Source: Lama glama (Eukaryota). Taken from it: a stretch of DNA of 64,000 nt. Shown here in pieces: positions 26,326 to 38,611 of the stretch. The position numbers and the translations under genes were made by a program. A model generated the notes under the pieces. That model saw nothing but the letters and a program-made list of their open reading frames with translations, searched no databases and was not told where the DNA came from. Where the stretch lies: assembly GCA_028534125.1 (NCBI GenBank), contig CM052818.1, positions 19,160,001-19,224,000 on the forward strand. The letters run 5' to 3'. Each line of letters opens with the position of its first letter. The first letter of the stretch is position 1.

Positions 26326-27896
26326 GGCTGCAGGTTATCAATCTAGGACTTTTTATAAGTATACACACATGCACACACATACACACACAAACACAAACAC
26401 TCCCACTCCACATATAGTCATATTGATTCAGAGATGACTTCTGTATGAATTCAAGAACTTGACTTTGGCTTTAAAGTATAGCAAAACTCCTCTATCAGGT
26501 TCCTGGTTACACTGCTAATTTGTTGGGGTTTTTTTTTTTCACACTCTTATGGCCAAATTCTGAATCTAAGGACATAATCTATCTTTCTCAAAAGAAGTAT
26601 CATTTTAAGATTTTCTCCTAACTTGAGTCAGTAAGCATAAGATGAAGGCCATGCCAGGCAATTGGGCATTTCCTGTAGGAAATCTAAAAAAATGATTAGC
26701 ATACAAGGTTAAGGGATTATCCTGGAAAAAAATGTTTTTCTCTGGATTTTTAGGGGAATAGTAAGCCACTCCTTTCCCAGAATTGGCCCCACTCCACAAA
26801 CAGTGCATAGGTAGACCTCCTGACATTGGGCATGTATTAGCCACGATGCCTCTGAACTTTTGCTGCAGAGGTGTTGATAGGTGCTATTGTGCCACTCAGG
26901 TGATGCATTTTCAACTCAAAGCAGCAGTAGATTCTCATGCTAAGGGATCACATCCTCTCCCATAACCAGAATCAGGCAAACATAGGTCCCACAAAGACAT
27001 CAAATCTGACAGCTGGCTGAGAGCACAAGATGGAGGAGCAGAGCTGCCTCTCTGCACTGCCCTGGATGGCATGGGCCAAGCATCCTGGTGGGAAGCCAAG
27101 TCTTCTGCAGAAATCAATTGATAAAGAATCTCCCTTAAACAGTGCTTTGAACAAATGAGTAAGTTAGGACTTAATTATGAGTTAAAGCACTAAGCAGCTG
27201 CCCAGGCACATTGCAGACCTCCCAGGACAAAAGTGACCCCAGACACATGGCAGTGCAGGACCCAACTGAGCCAAAACCTTTCCCTTGGCTACATGTGTGA
27301 TCAAGGGTGGTCCTTGGGTGAGAAGGAGCTGATATCCAATGGCGGAGCCACGCTCACTGTCTGAAGGTTGAGGACTCATTCTCAAACAGTTCTTTTGTCA
27401 GTTTCATAAACCCCTTTTCAGAGACCATCCAATATAGCTATCTGGACTGAACACCCTCTACCCAGCAATCCCAGAAAAATGAAGCCTTCAAAGGATTCTG
27501 TCCTAACAAGGCCCAGGTGTGCCACTGGTACCTAAAAACGATTTCGGGGATGGGAGAGCTGGTGACATTGTTTTGTGGGTATCTCAGTGGTTTGCACCAG
27601 GGCAGCTGTTTTGTTTTGCATGTCCTGATGGGTCCTTCCCAATGACTATCCTGCCTCTCTCATACTGATTGGTAGGTCTCCAGGACGAGGAGTTAGGGCA
27701 CCTCCATCAGTTTAGGGGCTGACCAGATTTAGGAACCATGTCTAGTGCCACCAAGGGAGACAAATGTCTACGTACTGAGTGATGCCACTCAGGATAGAAG
27801 CCATATCAGCACCTGCATAGGCCTGCCCCCCACGGGGGGCCGGCTGGAGACCACCTGACCAGCCAGGACCTCGTGACCCCTGCTCTGTCTCCACAG

Positions 27897-28798
27897 GTTT
27901 CGGCATGACCACCCCAGCAACAGTGGGTGGGAAGGCCTTCCTCATCGCCTACGGGCTGTTCGGTTGCGCTGGGACCATCTTGTTCTTCAACCTCTTCCTG
28001 GAGCGCATCATCTCCCTGCTGGCCTTCATCATGCGCGCCTGCCGGGAGCGCCAGCTGCGCCGCAGTGGCCTACTGCCCGCCACCTTCCGTCGTGGCTCTG
28101 CACTATCGGAGGCCGACTGCCTGGCGGGCTGGAAGCCCTCTGTGTACCACGTGCTGCTGATCCTAGGCCTGTTCGCCGTGCTGCTGTCTTGCTGCGCCTC
28201 GGCCATGTACACCAGCGTGGAGGGCTGGGACTACATGGACTCGCTCTACTTCTGCTTCGTCACCTTCAGCACCATCGGCTTCGGGGACCTGGTGAGCAGC
28301 CAGCACGCCGCCTACCGGAACCAGGGGCTCTACCGCCTGGGCAACTTCCTCTTCATCCTGCTCGGCGTGTGCTGCATCTACTCGCTCTTCAATGTCATCT
28401 CCATCCTCATCAAGCAGGTGCTCAACTGGATGCTGCGCAAGCTGAGCTGCCGCTGCTGCGCGCGCTGCTGCCCGGCGCCCGGCGCGCCCCTGGCCCGGCG
28501 CAACGCCATCACCCCGGGCTCCCGGCTGCGCCGCCGCCTGGCCGCGCTCGGCGCAGACCCCGCGGCCCGCGACAGCGACGCCGAGGGCCGCCGCCTATCG
28601 GGCGAGCTCATCTCCATGCGCGACCTCACAGCCTCCAACAAAGTGTCGCTGGCGCTGCTGCAGAAGCAGCTGTCCGAGACAGCCAACGGCTACCCGCGCA
28701 GTGTGTGCGTCAACACGCGCCAGAACGGCTTCTCGGGCGGCGTGGGCGCGCTGGGCATCATGAACAACCGCCTGGCCGAGACCAGCGCCTCCAGGTAG
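27897..28798 (+). CDS. KCNK12: KCNK12 (THIK-2, K2P12.1 two-pore K+ channel), last coding exon (exon 2); exon 1 lies upstream of the window
   Basis: A pyrimidine tract plus ccacAG|GT TTC GGC ATG acceptor completes the first pore (G)FG-MTTP. ORF 27905-28798 carries the second pore TFSTIGFGDLV and the C-terminus ...NNRLAETSASR* (TAG 28796-28798), matching THIK-2 as I recall it. Confidence 0.98.
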
Positions 28799-28880
28799 AC
28801 CGCGCGCCTCGCCGCGCCAGGGACCCTCACCAGGCTGGCGTGCAGCCCGGCGGCGTTCGCTTTCCTTCTCTAAGACGCTG
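27900..28880. promoter_or_regulatory. CpG island over the KCNK12 terminal exon
   Basis: Very high GC and CpG density (e.g. cccggcgcccggcgcgcccc, cgcggcccgcgacagcgacgccg) against CpG-poor flanks. Confidence 0.85.
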
Positions 28881-28901
28881 GCGCTTTCTTAATCTTGATC
28901 C

Positions 28902-28907
28902 AATAAA
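28902..28907 (+). terminator. Proximal KCNK12 polyadenylation signal
   Basis: AATAAA about 104 nt after the stop codon, followed by A-rich then T-rich sequence. Confidence 0.6.
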
Positions 28908-30380
28908 ATGAAACCAAAAAAAATTTTTTTAAAGAAATACTATTTGGCCAGGCCTGATGTTATCAAGGGCAGGTTTTGGGGGAGCCTGTTTTCCTTGTGG
29001 GTCCCTTCTTGGAGAGCTGTGGTCCCCAGCAGATTCTCCTCCAGGGAGAGAAAAAGTGGCACCCCAGACCCTCACCTGGTGCATACCGCAGCGAGGAGTG
29101 TGCCGCCCCTGGGTTTAGCAGACTGGCACTAAACCCAGTCTCCATGCACATAAGCAGCTGGCAACCCCAAAGCATATGGTGCAACTTTTCATGGCTCTGA
29201 CTTACCTCCGCAGCATTTAGAATCCTGGCCCAGCCTAGCAGCTTCCTTCTGGTCGTCAGAAGTGATATAGTCACAGTTTTGACAGGTGGGGGTGGGGAGA
29301 GCCATATGTTGCCTCCCGATGTGTATATATAGAAGAGTCGCTACACACAAAGAATGGTGTAGTATTATGCAATGAGATGAAACATAGCACCAACTTGCGG
29401 ACTATGGCATTTCCCTGAGATTTGGGAATTGCAGTGGTAAGGGGCTTAGCAGGCTTTTCTCAGCCTGGAGTTAGTCCACTTAGCACAGAGCACTGGGCAG
29501 CTACTTCTAAAGAGGGAAGGCCCCTAGGGAGCATTCAGGCCGCAGGAGCACAGCTCTGCTTCAGCTGGCTGATCCCTGAGGCTCAGGGCACATCTCTGAA
29601 TCCCCTCAACCCTCCTTTCACCAGCATCATCCAAGGGAAAGCTTTTCCTAATTAACAGGAATATCTGAGTCTTCTCTGACAAGATTTTTCTTTGTTGGTG
29701 TGGATTTTTTTTTCTTAACTGTTTTCCCTTTTAGAGAGTGCAAGGCTGCCGAGTGCAATACCCCCTCCAGCTGCCCCTCCTCCTCTGCAGCAGGGTTCTG
29801 CCTGCTAGAGCTGTGGGCCCCAGGGCCTGCAGCACCAGGAACCAAAGCAGCCGTCCTGCAAGTGTCAGAGAATTTGACTCCAGAGCCTCTGAAGTGTTTG
29901 GGACATATCCCATTCTAAACCCTGTTTGGCCCCCACTGATAGATAATCAAGTGAATGTGTTTTCTGTATTGGAGGCAGAGAAAAGCAAGAGGGAGAGAGC
30001 TGGTGGATGGAAGCAATTTTAGGAATAAAGTTTTGCTCTGGATGATCCCCAACTGAGGGACAGGTTCTCCCAGATTCTGTCTTGTAGGGGTCACTGACCT
30101 GGGGGAAGGCCAGATATCCAGCCTTCACTGAAGAGATGAGGGTCTTAGACTGCAAAGGAACAATACTCTTTTGGCCCATTTTAGTCATCCAAAAAGATGA
30201 GGATCCCAAGGACAAATATCAGAGTCTAGTCAGACACCGTGTGACCCATCAATATATATACAGCTTCTGACAGGAAATCTTAGAAAAGCACCAGGACTTC
30301 TCACACTCTCTGCCTGAGAGGCATCAAAAGCCGTGAAATCTCCCTCCCTGGCAGTGAAGAAAACATATGTGCCTGGAACT

Positions 30381-30385
<5 letters not shown>

Positions 30386-30430
<45 letters not shown>
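30386..30430. repeat. (AC)n microsatellite, one interruption
   Basis: Direct reading. Confidence 0.95.
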
Positions 30431-30432
<2 letters not shown>

Positions 30433-32262
30433 GCATTAAGAGTCATACTTGAATGTCAGCCTCCCCTTTCCCCTTCCAGTTCATGGCAGGAAGGAAAAAA
30501 CAAGTTAGGATCTGAGTGACTCTCTAGCTACTTCAGGTCATTTCTTCTTCAGAGGTGAGGGGTAATTTCTAATTTGGGTTGGGATTGGTTTTTTAATCAC
30601 TGGCTCTAATTTGAGGGTGAAACCAGTGAGGAGGAGCTGGCCGGAAGAGAGGTCAGTCTTGCCAGTTCCTGAAGGGTAGGCTTCCAGAGAGCCGCACTTC
30701 CAGGATACACTGTGCGGTCAGTCAGGCCAGCTCCGTGAGCCACTTGCCCCAACCCCGCCACCCCTTTCCCCCATCCGAGTGATGGCTGCAGTCACACTGA
30801 AGCGATGGCACGCTCAGAGAGGCACAGTTTTTTTTTAGGGCAGAGTTCTCTAGCAGGACCTAGAAATAAAGTATCATCTTTATTCCTTTAAAAGAAAGGA
30901 AGATTAGAAGGCATCCAATTAGAGGTGTCACCTAGGCAACGGGAAATAACTTGAGGATCTGAGCCATCCGGAGGGGAAAGTAGACATCCCCATGACAGAG
31001 ACATCTAGACCGTGAGGATGTAATAGCAGCAAAAAAGCAGCCATCCCAGAGAAAGTGAGCCCCAGGAACAGCACAGGAGGCTTAAGACACAGTCACCCAG
31101 GCTCCTTGAGCCAGACAGGCCAAAGGGGCATCCAGGCGATCCACCGACCAGCACACAGGACTCCACAGAATCCCATCCTCACAGGAGGGAACAGGACCTG
31201 CCTACAGAGAGGAAAATTTCAAAACCCTCCTTGGCAGTCTACTCTGTCAGCAGTGCTTCCTAGAGTCTATTCTGAGTTGCTCATGCTGCAGCCTTAGCTG
31301 TTTTCACTTCTTTTCCTATGCTTTGCCTTTGGAAGGAGGCAACTGGAAACAGCTTCAGCAAGCTTCTGAGGGAATCGAAAGCATGGTTTGAGGGGCAGGA
31401 AAGGGACCCTTCGAGTTCACCAACCTCCCAGAGAAACACCAGTCCTCTAGTGTACAATGGTAGCTCAGACTCAGTGGTATGCCCGTATTTTTGCCCATGT
31501 TCCCCTGGTCCCCCACTCCGCCCCCCTCCCCTCATCTCAATACATCAGTATCCTTCACCTCAGGCCAAGGGTCTCAGTGTCTCAGATGCCCAGAAGAGCC
31601 AGGCTCCCAAGGTCAGGGGGACTGATGGAGCCCAGACGCATGCCTAAAGGGCTTGTTGACATCCTGCTTAAGGGCGAGCATTGAGAACCAGACCTGCTTG
31701 ACAAGTAGGGATGGGGTCCTCCCATCATTTCAGGATTATAGACATTGATAGGGACCTCTTTCTTTGGTGCAGGCTCTTCTGAATCTTAGGCTAAGAAAGG
31801 GCTCCATTCTCTTCGATGCTGTGGCCTCTCCCAGCATGTGGGGGTCTCCACTCTGACCCACAGCTGGTCACTCACTGTAGTCACAATGCCTCCAGGCTTG
31901 AGAATTTGCTTCCTAACCTGAGGCCTACACCCATCCCTCTCATGTTGAGGCTGTAGGGCTCCCATAAAGACAGCATGGGCTCAAAGAAGCCCTTGCCACC
32001 CATCCGTGGCCACACAGAAACCAGGGTCTTAGCAAGCAGCCGGGCCTTCTCAGAGCTGAGGAGGCAGAAAAGGAGCATCCTTGGTCCCTTGTTTGCTAAG
32101 AAGGCTGGGTGGTCAGGCCCCTGTGTTCTCTGACTGAAGCCAGCTGCTTTGGGCCTATGAAGGAGTCAAAAGGCTCAGGCAGCCTCAGACCCTCAGCTTG
32201 TGGAAAATGCCAGACAGTCCTGACAGTCCTGGGCATTTGCCAGGAGTGTCGCACATCACAGC

Positions 32263-32263
<1 letters not shown>

Positions 32264-32299
<36 letters not shown>
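32264..32299. repeat. (AC)18 microsatellite
   Basis: Direct reading. Confidence 0.95.
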
Positions 32300-32303
<4 letters not shown>

Positions 32304-33222
32304 GCCTTATGAAGAGTGCCTAGGCCCGTTCCCCAAGAGAAAAAATCCCAGTCTGGGCCACTTTAAGAAGAAAGATTTCACATTTTTAACTCCCTGGAGA
32401 TCTGCGAGGGCCTGGAAAATTCCTCTCTGTCTTGGGGGAATTTCATGGACACTTTGCATGTATCTGTGTTTTACATAGAAGCCAGCGACCAAACCCAAGC
32501 CAAACCCTGGAAACCAGCTGCTAAATTTACCCAGGCTCCTCTGTCCCTCAGACAAGCCTCCAAGCAGGTCCCCTCTTCCTGTACCCTGGGTGGGGGGTGC
32601 CTGAGCCCTCCTGGCCACTGGCAGCACATAGAGGCGAAGACCACAGGAGCTGGGGGCCAGGCGGCTTCGTCTTACTGTAACTTTTTACATTCTTCACAAA
32701 CAAAAAGCACAATTCCACATGCATACTGTCTGGAAAGCACATTCAGGCAGACTGCTTGAGGCATTTCTGAGTCCAGAAGAGGTGCTGGCTGGGGCTCATT
32801 TCTTTATTGGAATGGTCGTTAGAAAATGTGCTGGCCAGTGCCGTTGAAGGCTCCACACTCTGCGAGGTGAGGAGAGGGGTGCTGCTGAAACCATCCCCCA
32901 GGACCAGCTCTTCAGCATGGACTCAGGGTCTGGACTCTCGCTCCTGGAGCAGCTCTGACACCTCCAGGCATCACGCCCAGCCAGTCTCATCACACATTGA
33001 GAAGCAGTGAGATTTCTGCACCAACCTGGCCCAAGACCCCCTTCCCCTTTCTGTCAGCCTCTTCTCCTGCCCTCTCCTCCCCTTTGCTTTACAAATCATT
33101 TTCTATGCTACCCGTTCTCTCAGGAGGGGGTTAGAGCATGCAGGGCAAGTCTGCAGGGTTTCTTAGACAATACATTTATTTTTCTGAGCAATGTTCCAAG
33201 AAAGGGCTTGGAGGGTGTTTAA

Positions 33223-33238
33223 ATTAAAGATGAATAAA
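33223..33238 (+). terminator. Candidate distal KCNK12 polyadenylation signal
   Basis: Tandem ATTAAA (33223-33228) and AATAAA (33233-33238), with a downstream GT/T-rich tract gctgtttgctttctgtcgtc. Confidence 0.45.
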
Positions 33239-33534
33239 ATGCAGCCTGCCACCCCTTTGAGCTGTTTGCTTTCTGTCGTCAGAGCCACCTGCCTCCCGAT
33301 CTCCCTGATCACACCTCCTCTCAGGAGGACCCAGGAGACATTAGCTCCGAGGATTGGGCCCTGGTGGCAGCGTCCCAGGGGAGTCACTCTGGAAAACAAC
33401 AGTGACATCCATCTGAGCTGAGAGCACCCATGGACCTCACAGGCAGCTTGGCCAGACTGCCAGAGCCGGAAAGAAGGCAGAGGAATGGAAGAACCCAGCG
33501 CTGGGAGAGGTGGGAGATGGTCCCAACTGTGGCT

Positions 33535-33724
33535 AAGGTTCCCAACCCTGGCTGTGCAGCAGATTCTCTGAAGGGAGCTTGGAAAGATACTGATGCCCCG
33601 GCCCCACCCTGGCTACCGGAGATTCTAATTTCAGTGGTCTGAGGAGGAGTGCAGGGAGACACTGGAATTTTTTGGCAGCTGCCCAGGTGATTCTAAAGGG
33701 CAACCAGGGTCTTGAACCCACACT
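33535..33724. mobile_element. MER5A DNA transposon
   Basis: ggttcccaaccctggctg...gattctaatt...ccaggtgattctaa...ccagggtcttgaacccac. Confidence 0.75.
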
Positions 33725-35399
33725 CTGAACATGGAGCACTCATACTACGGGTGGAAAGAGCACCCATTTAGAAGCTAGGAGGTTTGAATTCTAGATCTGC
33801 CTCTGGGAGCCAACTTCCTCAGATCCTCAGTTTCTCCATCTCTAAAATGGGATAATGATATTGTCCCCCACCCCCACCCCCACCTCTCAGGAGGCTGGGA
33901 ACTCTGAAAATTGTAAGTGCTCCACAAGTACAGTGTCACTGATATAGAGGCATTTCATGACAAGAGACCTGGTAGCCCCTATTGCTTCTGCAGGGAGCCC
34001 CTTCTGTGGGGCCAGCTGAAGAAGAAGGCTGCAGCCAAATAATGGCTTCTGCCCACAATGCCTTTGCAAACATCTTCTTTTGGGCACCTCTTTAATCACC
34101 ATCTCCAAACTACACTGAAGCTTCCTCTCTCCTCCACAGCCCCCTCCCCAGGTCATCTTTTTCCTTCCAGTTGCCCTAGAGAAGCCCTAGAGATGGGAGT
34201 GACTTGATAGGTCCCTCAAGTACAGGCCCTACCTGCCTCAGTCTGCAAAATCCCTCTGGCTCCTCCCAGTCCCAGAGACTTCGTATGGCAGCAGTAACAC
34301 GCGTTGTACTATTTTCCATTCTGTTTTTTTGGTTTTGTTTTGTTTCAATGCTGGTCAAAGCTATTAAACTGATTTCCTGATCTGCCTAGGAATCATACCC
34401 AGCAGTTTGCAAAACACGAGCATACGGTGTTTCTGGAAAGAGATCTTCCAGCTAAGACCTACCAGCTAGCTGGGGCAGTGAGGGAGCTTGGTGGGCTCTG
34501 GTCACCCATCAGCCTTCCTCTTTCTTTGGGTCTCGTGCCCCAACTGTGTAATCAACTCAGGTGGGTGTTTTAGCTGCATGAAGTGGTCCTTACTTTCCTT
34601 TCAAGTTCTAAGGCCTGTGATTCCTATGACATTTTAAATCCCAGCTGGCCATCCTGGATGGACTGCCACCCCTCTCCCTTCTATGGTCAGTTACTTTTCT
34701 GTGAGTATATTTGTTTTTCTAACAAGAAGATTAAATTAAAAAAAGAACTTATATTTACTTAGCCAGGTCCTTGAACAAGAGATTTGCATATTTATCTCAC
34801 TTAATCTCCTACCAACCTTGGGAATTTGTTACTTCCCCAATCCAGCATTTTGTCCTGGTCAGAGGGGTTAAGTAACTTTCCTACTTTGGGGCCAGGAACA
34901 CGCCTTGTTGACTGGAGAGATAAGCGTGAGAAGGACAGAACAGCCTCTACTGCCCATGAACTTCAGGCTTGCGGGAGGCCAACAGCAGACTGGGCACCAC
35001 AGTCCTGCAGGATGAGGGTTCCACGTCCATGGGCAGTCTGGGTTGCCAGGAGCCCCCAGGGAGAGGCAGCCAGCCCACCAGGAAGTCGAGGAAGACTCTC
35101 GGAGGCAGGCTGTCCAGGCTGACCCAGAGGGGCCACAGTGAGCTGGCTGATGGGGGACTGAAGTGTCCCAGGCAGAAGAAGCCGTATGTGAGAAGACAGA
35201 GAGGGAAGCTGTGTGCGGTTCTGCAGGCCTGGAGCCCGCAGAGTGCTTTCTCAGCAGGTAAGAAGTGGAGTCTGGGCAAAGAAAATCACATTCATGTCCC
35301 CTTCCTACTCCATTTTGAGGGAAATGTTCACAGAAGGGATGACGGTAGAATTACCAAAGAAAGACTTAACCATAAAGCAACGAACCCAGTGATGAGAGC

Positions 35400-35510
35400 T
35401 CACTTCTACCTCTCGGGCTGACTGTTTGCAGATCTCCTCCCCTCACTGAGGTTCCTTTTCTGTGTCAGCAGAATGAGGGACTGGCCTCTCAGTTCTGATA
35501 CTCTGAGGTT
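35400..35510 (+). mobile_element. Degenerate MIR (MIR3/MIRc-like); antisense strand is orthologous to the human MSH2 alternative last exon
   Basis: cctcactgaggttccttttctgtgtcagcagaatgaggga resembles the MIR core; minus frame reads NLRVSELRGQSLILLTQKRNLSEGRRSANSQPER*. Confidence 0.6.
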
Positions 35511-35812
35511 TGGGAGGAGAAATGTAACAGTGCCATGGGGATTCCTATCAAGAACCATCCTCAGCAAACATCAGCTGTATGCCTGACCCAGCCTGGACAA
35601 TTTATTCCAGTTCTTCTTTGTCCATGGACTGGGCAGAGCATCTGGATACAGGATGGAAGGAAATGTGCCCCGCGAAGGACTGGCCAGCTTCCTGCTGAAA
35701 GCTGCAGCCTCAACACATCCCCAATCCTGTGAGCACCTCCGTGAGCTCCAGGTCATCATTTTCAATTGTCCCTGCTTCTTCCAGGACAAACGAAGTACCA
35801 CTCTCTATAGTT

Positions 35813-36020
35813 GTGCTGTCTGATGCAGGCGCCACCAGCCACACACAGCTCTTTAATTTTAAATGAATTTAAATTAAGTGAAATTCAAAATTCATCTCTT
35901 CTACTGCACTGACCACAGTTCAAATGCTCAATATCCCCATGTGGCTAATGGCTACCATATTGGCCAGCACACATACAGAACATTTTCGTCATTGTAGCAA
36001 GATCTGTTACACAGTGCTGC
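35813..36020 (-). mobile_element. MER3 hAT DNA transposon
   Basis: catgtggctaatggctaccatattggccagcac...acagaacattttcgtcattg...cagtgctg. Confidence 0.8.
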
Positions 36021-38360
36021 TCTAGAGAGAGCTTTGGGGTCAGAAAGCTTGAACACCATGGTGGCCCTGTGGCCAGGGGTTGGTGGAAATTGAAGTGGGA
36101 GCTCTTCCCCAACCACCATGCCCCACTGTGGTCCCCTCTGCCTCCATGTGACCTCTTCTCCCTTGTCTCTATGGAAAGCCCTCCAGCTGCTGTTCACCAT
36201 GGGGCATCCATCCCTCCCCTGCCCCCAAGACAAAGGCATTTGGTTACCCCTTGAGGCCTCCCTCGGGACTTTACACTAGGGTGGATGACATCCATGCTCC
36301 GTGGGCACCTCTCTGCAAAATGGGACCCTCTCCCATCATAGCCACCACAGACATTGGGGATATGGGTAGATTTCTTTGGGATACACATAATTACACATAA
36401 GAGAGCCATTGGTCCAAAAATGTATGTGCACATAAATATTTCTGGAATGTTCCAGGAATTGTTGCAAACAAGATTACAAAGCAAAACTTCATGGAGCTGC
36501 TCCCTTTCACTCAGACATTCATTAAGGAATGTTCTGGCAGAGGGAGAGCAAGAAAAGGAGCATTTGCTAGACTCTGCAGATGGAGGTAAATGAGGACCAG
36601 CAAGGAGAAGGTCACACAGCAGTTCACTAGCCAAACCACAGCAGAAGCCAAAGAGCCTTCCTGCCAGTCACAGCTCTATCCAGTCCATTTATCTGCTCCT
36701 GTGTTCATTCATTCAACAAACACATATAAGCACCTATTGGGTACATGCTGTGTGCTGGGCCCTACAGAGGTTATAGTCAATAATACATGAATCTAGCCCT
36801 TCATGGTCTAGGAGCTACAGCATGGCAGTAGGTGACCACAGAAGCAGACACACCCAGGGCTCAGGACTGAGCCCCATGCTGAGCACTGTGTGGCTCTGTA
36901 CTTCACCCCAGTTCTACTCCTCTGGCCCCCCATTCTGCATCTACCTTCCACCTGGCCAAGAATAAGATACTTTCTTTGTTTATTAAAATCTCAGCAGCCA
37001 GCTAACACCAGAGTTTAGTGACCTCTTCTACCCACACTCCATCTTCTTGGCTTCTCCACCTAAAATTGCTCCAGACCAGGTTCTCACACCCAGGTCACAG
37101 GACTGCTGAGTTTCACTCAGCAGGCACAAGCCATGATGGTTCGTCATATTCCTGGTTGGAATCATAGCTGCCTGCAGGTGAGACTTTAGAGTTGTTGAGA
37201 AGGCCCATCAAAATAAGCTGTGGAACTTTTGCTTCTGTCTGCCAGGACGCTCTTCTGAGAACAGTATTTCTGCCCCCCTATCCTTTGGGAAAACTCCAGA
37301 CCACCTCCCTGTGGTCCAGTGGACCTGTGGATCACAGGGTGCCTACTGTATTCGTTAGAAATGCATTCAACTGCAATTAACAGACAGCCCAAGAGACAGT
37401 AGCTTAAAAAAAAATAGAAACAGGGGTTTATGTGATTAAGACAATCAGAAGTCTGGGGGCAGATGGTGGGGTGGTCCGTGACTCGGTGGTGCCCTCAGTA
37501 AGGCTGGTTCCTCCTCTCTTCCTTCTCTGCCATCCTTAGCATCCTGGCTTTGGTCCTCATGCCTATGACCTCAGGTGCCAGAGGGAGCTACATTGCCAAG
37601 TCTCACATCCATGTTACCAGCAGTAAGAAGTAGGGAGAGAGACTTCCTGGTATGCCTTGTATGCCTTTCCCAGGCTTCCTCAGGGACTTTCTGCTGGCAT
37701 CTTATTGACCAGCAGAGTGTCACATGGTCACCACTGCCTATAAGGGAGGCCAGGAGATGGTGCATCTTGCTTTCAATCCTCTATACAAGAGGACAAGGCC
37801 AAGGAGTTGGGATGGTGTGGAGTAAGACCATCGACGGTCCTAGCCACCCCTCCCCTCTTGGCTGGATCAATCATGGCTCCACATCCTCGGAGACACAGTC
37901 ATTGGTCTAAGGGAGGGCACATGCCCCAGGCCAGGGGAGCAGTCCTTGGCCTTATGAAGACTGGAGGTGACAGAGTAGTCCTTTCTCCTATTAGATTACA
38001 AACTAGGCCTAGTACACCAGTCAGGGCAAAGTTAATACAGAATCCCATCCAGCTGGTTTAAGCAGAAAAGATTTATTATAGGTGATAAACTTTGACTGGC
38101 CACTTGGCCCACTGACACTGACAACCGAAAGGGTGACATAATCCAATTCAGGCATGTCACAGCGCACTGGTGTCATATTTCCCGGGCAGAGTCTTATGTG
38201 CTTAGGAGAGACACCTGGATACCATAATCCTGAGATGGGCACCACATGCAAACAACAGGCCACCAATAGTTCCTCAATATTTACACCCCAACAAATCCAG
38301 CCAACGCCAATCAGAGATTTTGCTTTTCTGCTATGGGACAGAGGGGGAATTTGCAGTCTT

Positions 38361-38611
38361 GTTTTTTTTTTTTTCAATTGAGGCATAGTTGACATATAAC
38401 GTTATATTAATTTCAGGTGTATAACATAATAATTCAATATTTGTATACACTGCAAAATGATCACCACAATAAGTCTCATTACCAACTGTCACATATAAAG
38501 TTACAAGATTCTTGTGTGTGTGTGATGAGAACTTTTAAGATTTACTCGCTTAGCAACTCTTCAATACGCAATACAATATCATTAACTATAGTCACCATGC
38601 TGTACATTACA
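38361..38611 (-). mobile_element. 5'-truncated L1MA-type 3' end with TSD
   Basis: Poly-T start, actatagtcaccatgctgtacatta, flanked by gcagtctt (38353-38360 and 38612-38619). Confidence 0.8.

Larger units (their letters stand above)
1..27896 (+). other. KCNK12: 3' part of KCNK12 intron 1
   Basis: Ends at the AG acceptor 27895-27896. The region is repeat-rich, and no sequence encoding the THIK-2 N-terminus/first pore helix is seen upstream in the window. Confidence 0.85.

Noticed and set aside
27825..27840. gccccccacggggggc palindrome near the KCNK12 acceptor
   Set aside because: Short homopolymer stem in GC-rich DNA, with no support for function.
27905..27907. ATG as the KCNK12 start codon
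   Set aside because: It is an internal Met just after the splice acceptor; the GFG pore motif is split by the intron.
28265..28285. REST/RE1-like TTCAGCACC
   Set aside because: Only the left half-site is present, and it is explained by the FST codons of the pore helix.
27964..28911. 315-aa alternative-frame ORF overlapping KCNK12 exon 2 (plus antisense ORFs 27949-28212 and 28378-28686)
   Set aside because: It starts at TTG and is low-complexity (Pro/Arg/Ala/His-rich). Stop-free off-frames are expected where third positions are almost all G/C.
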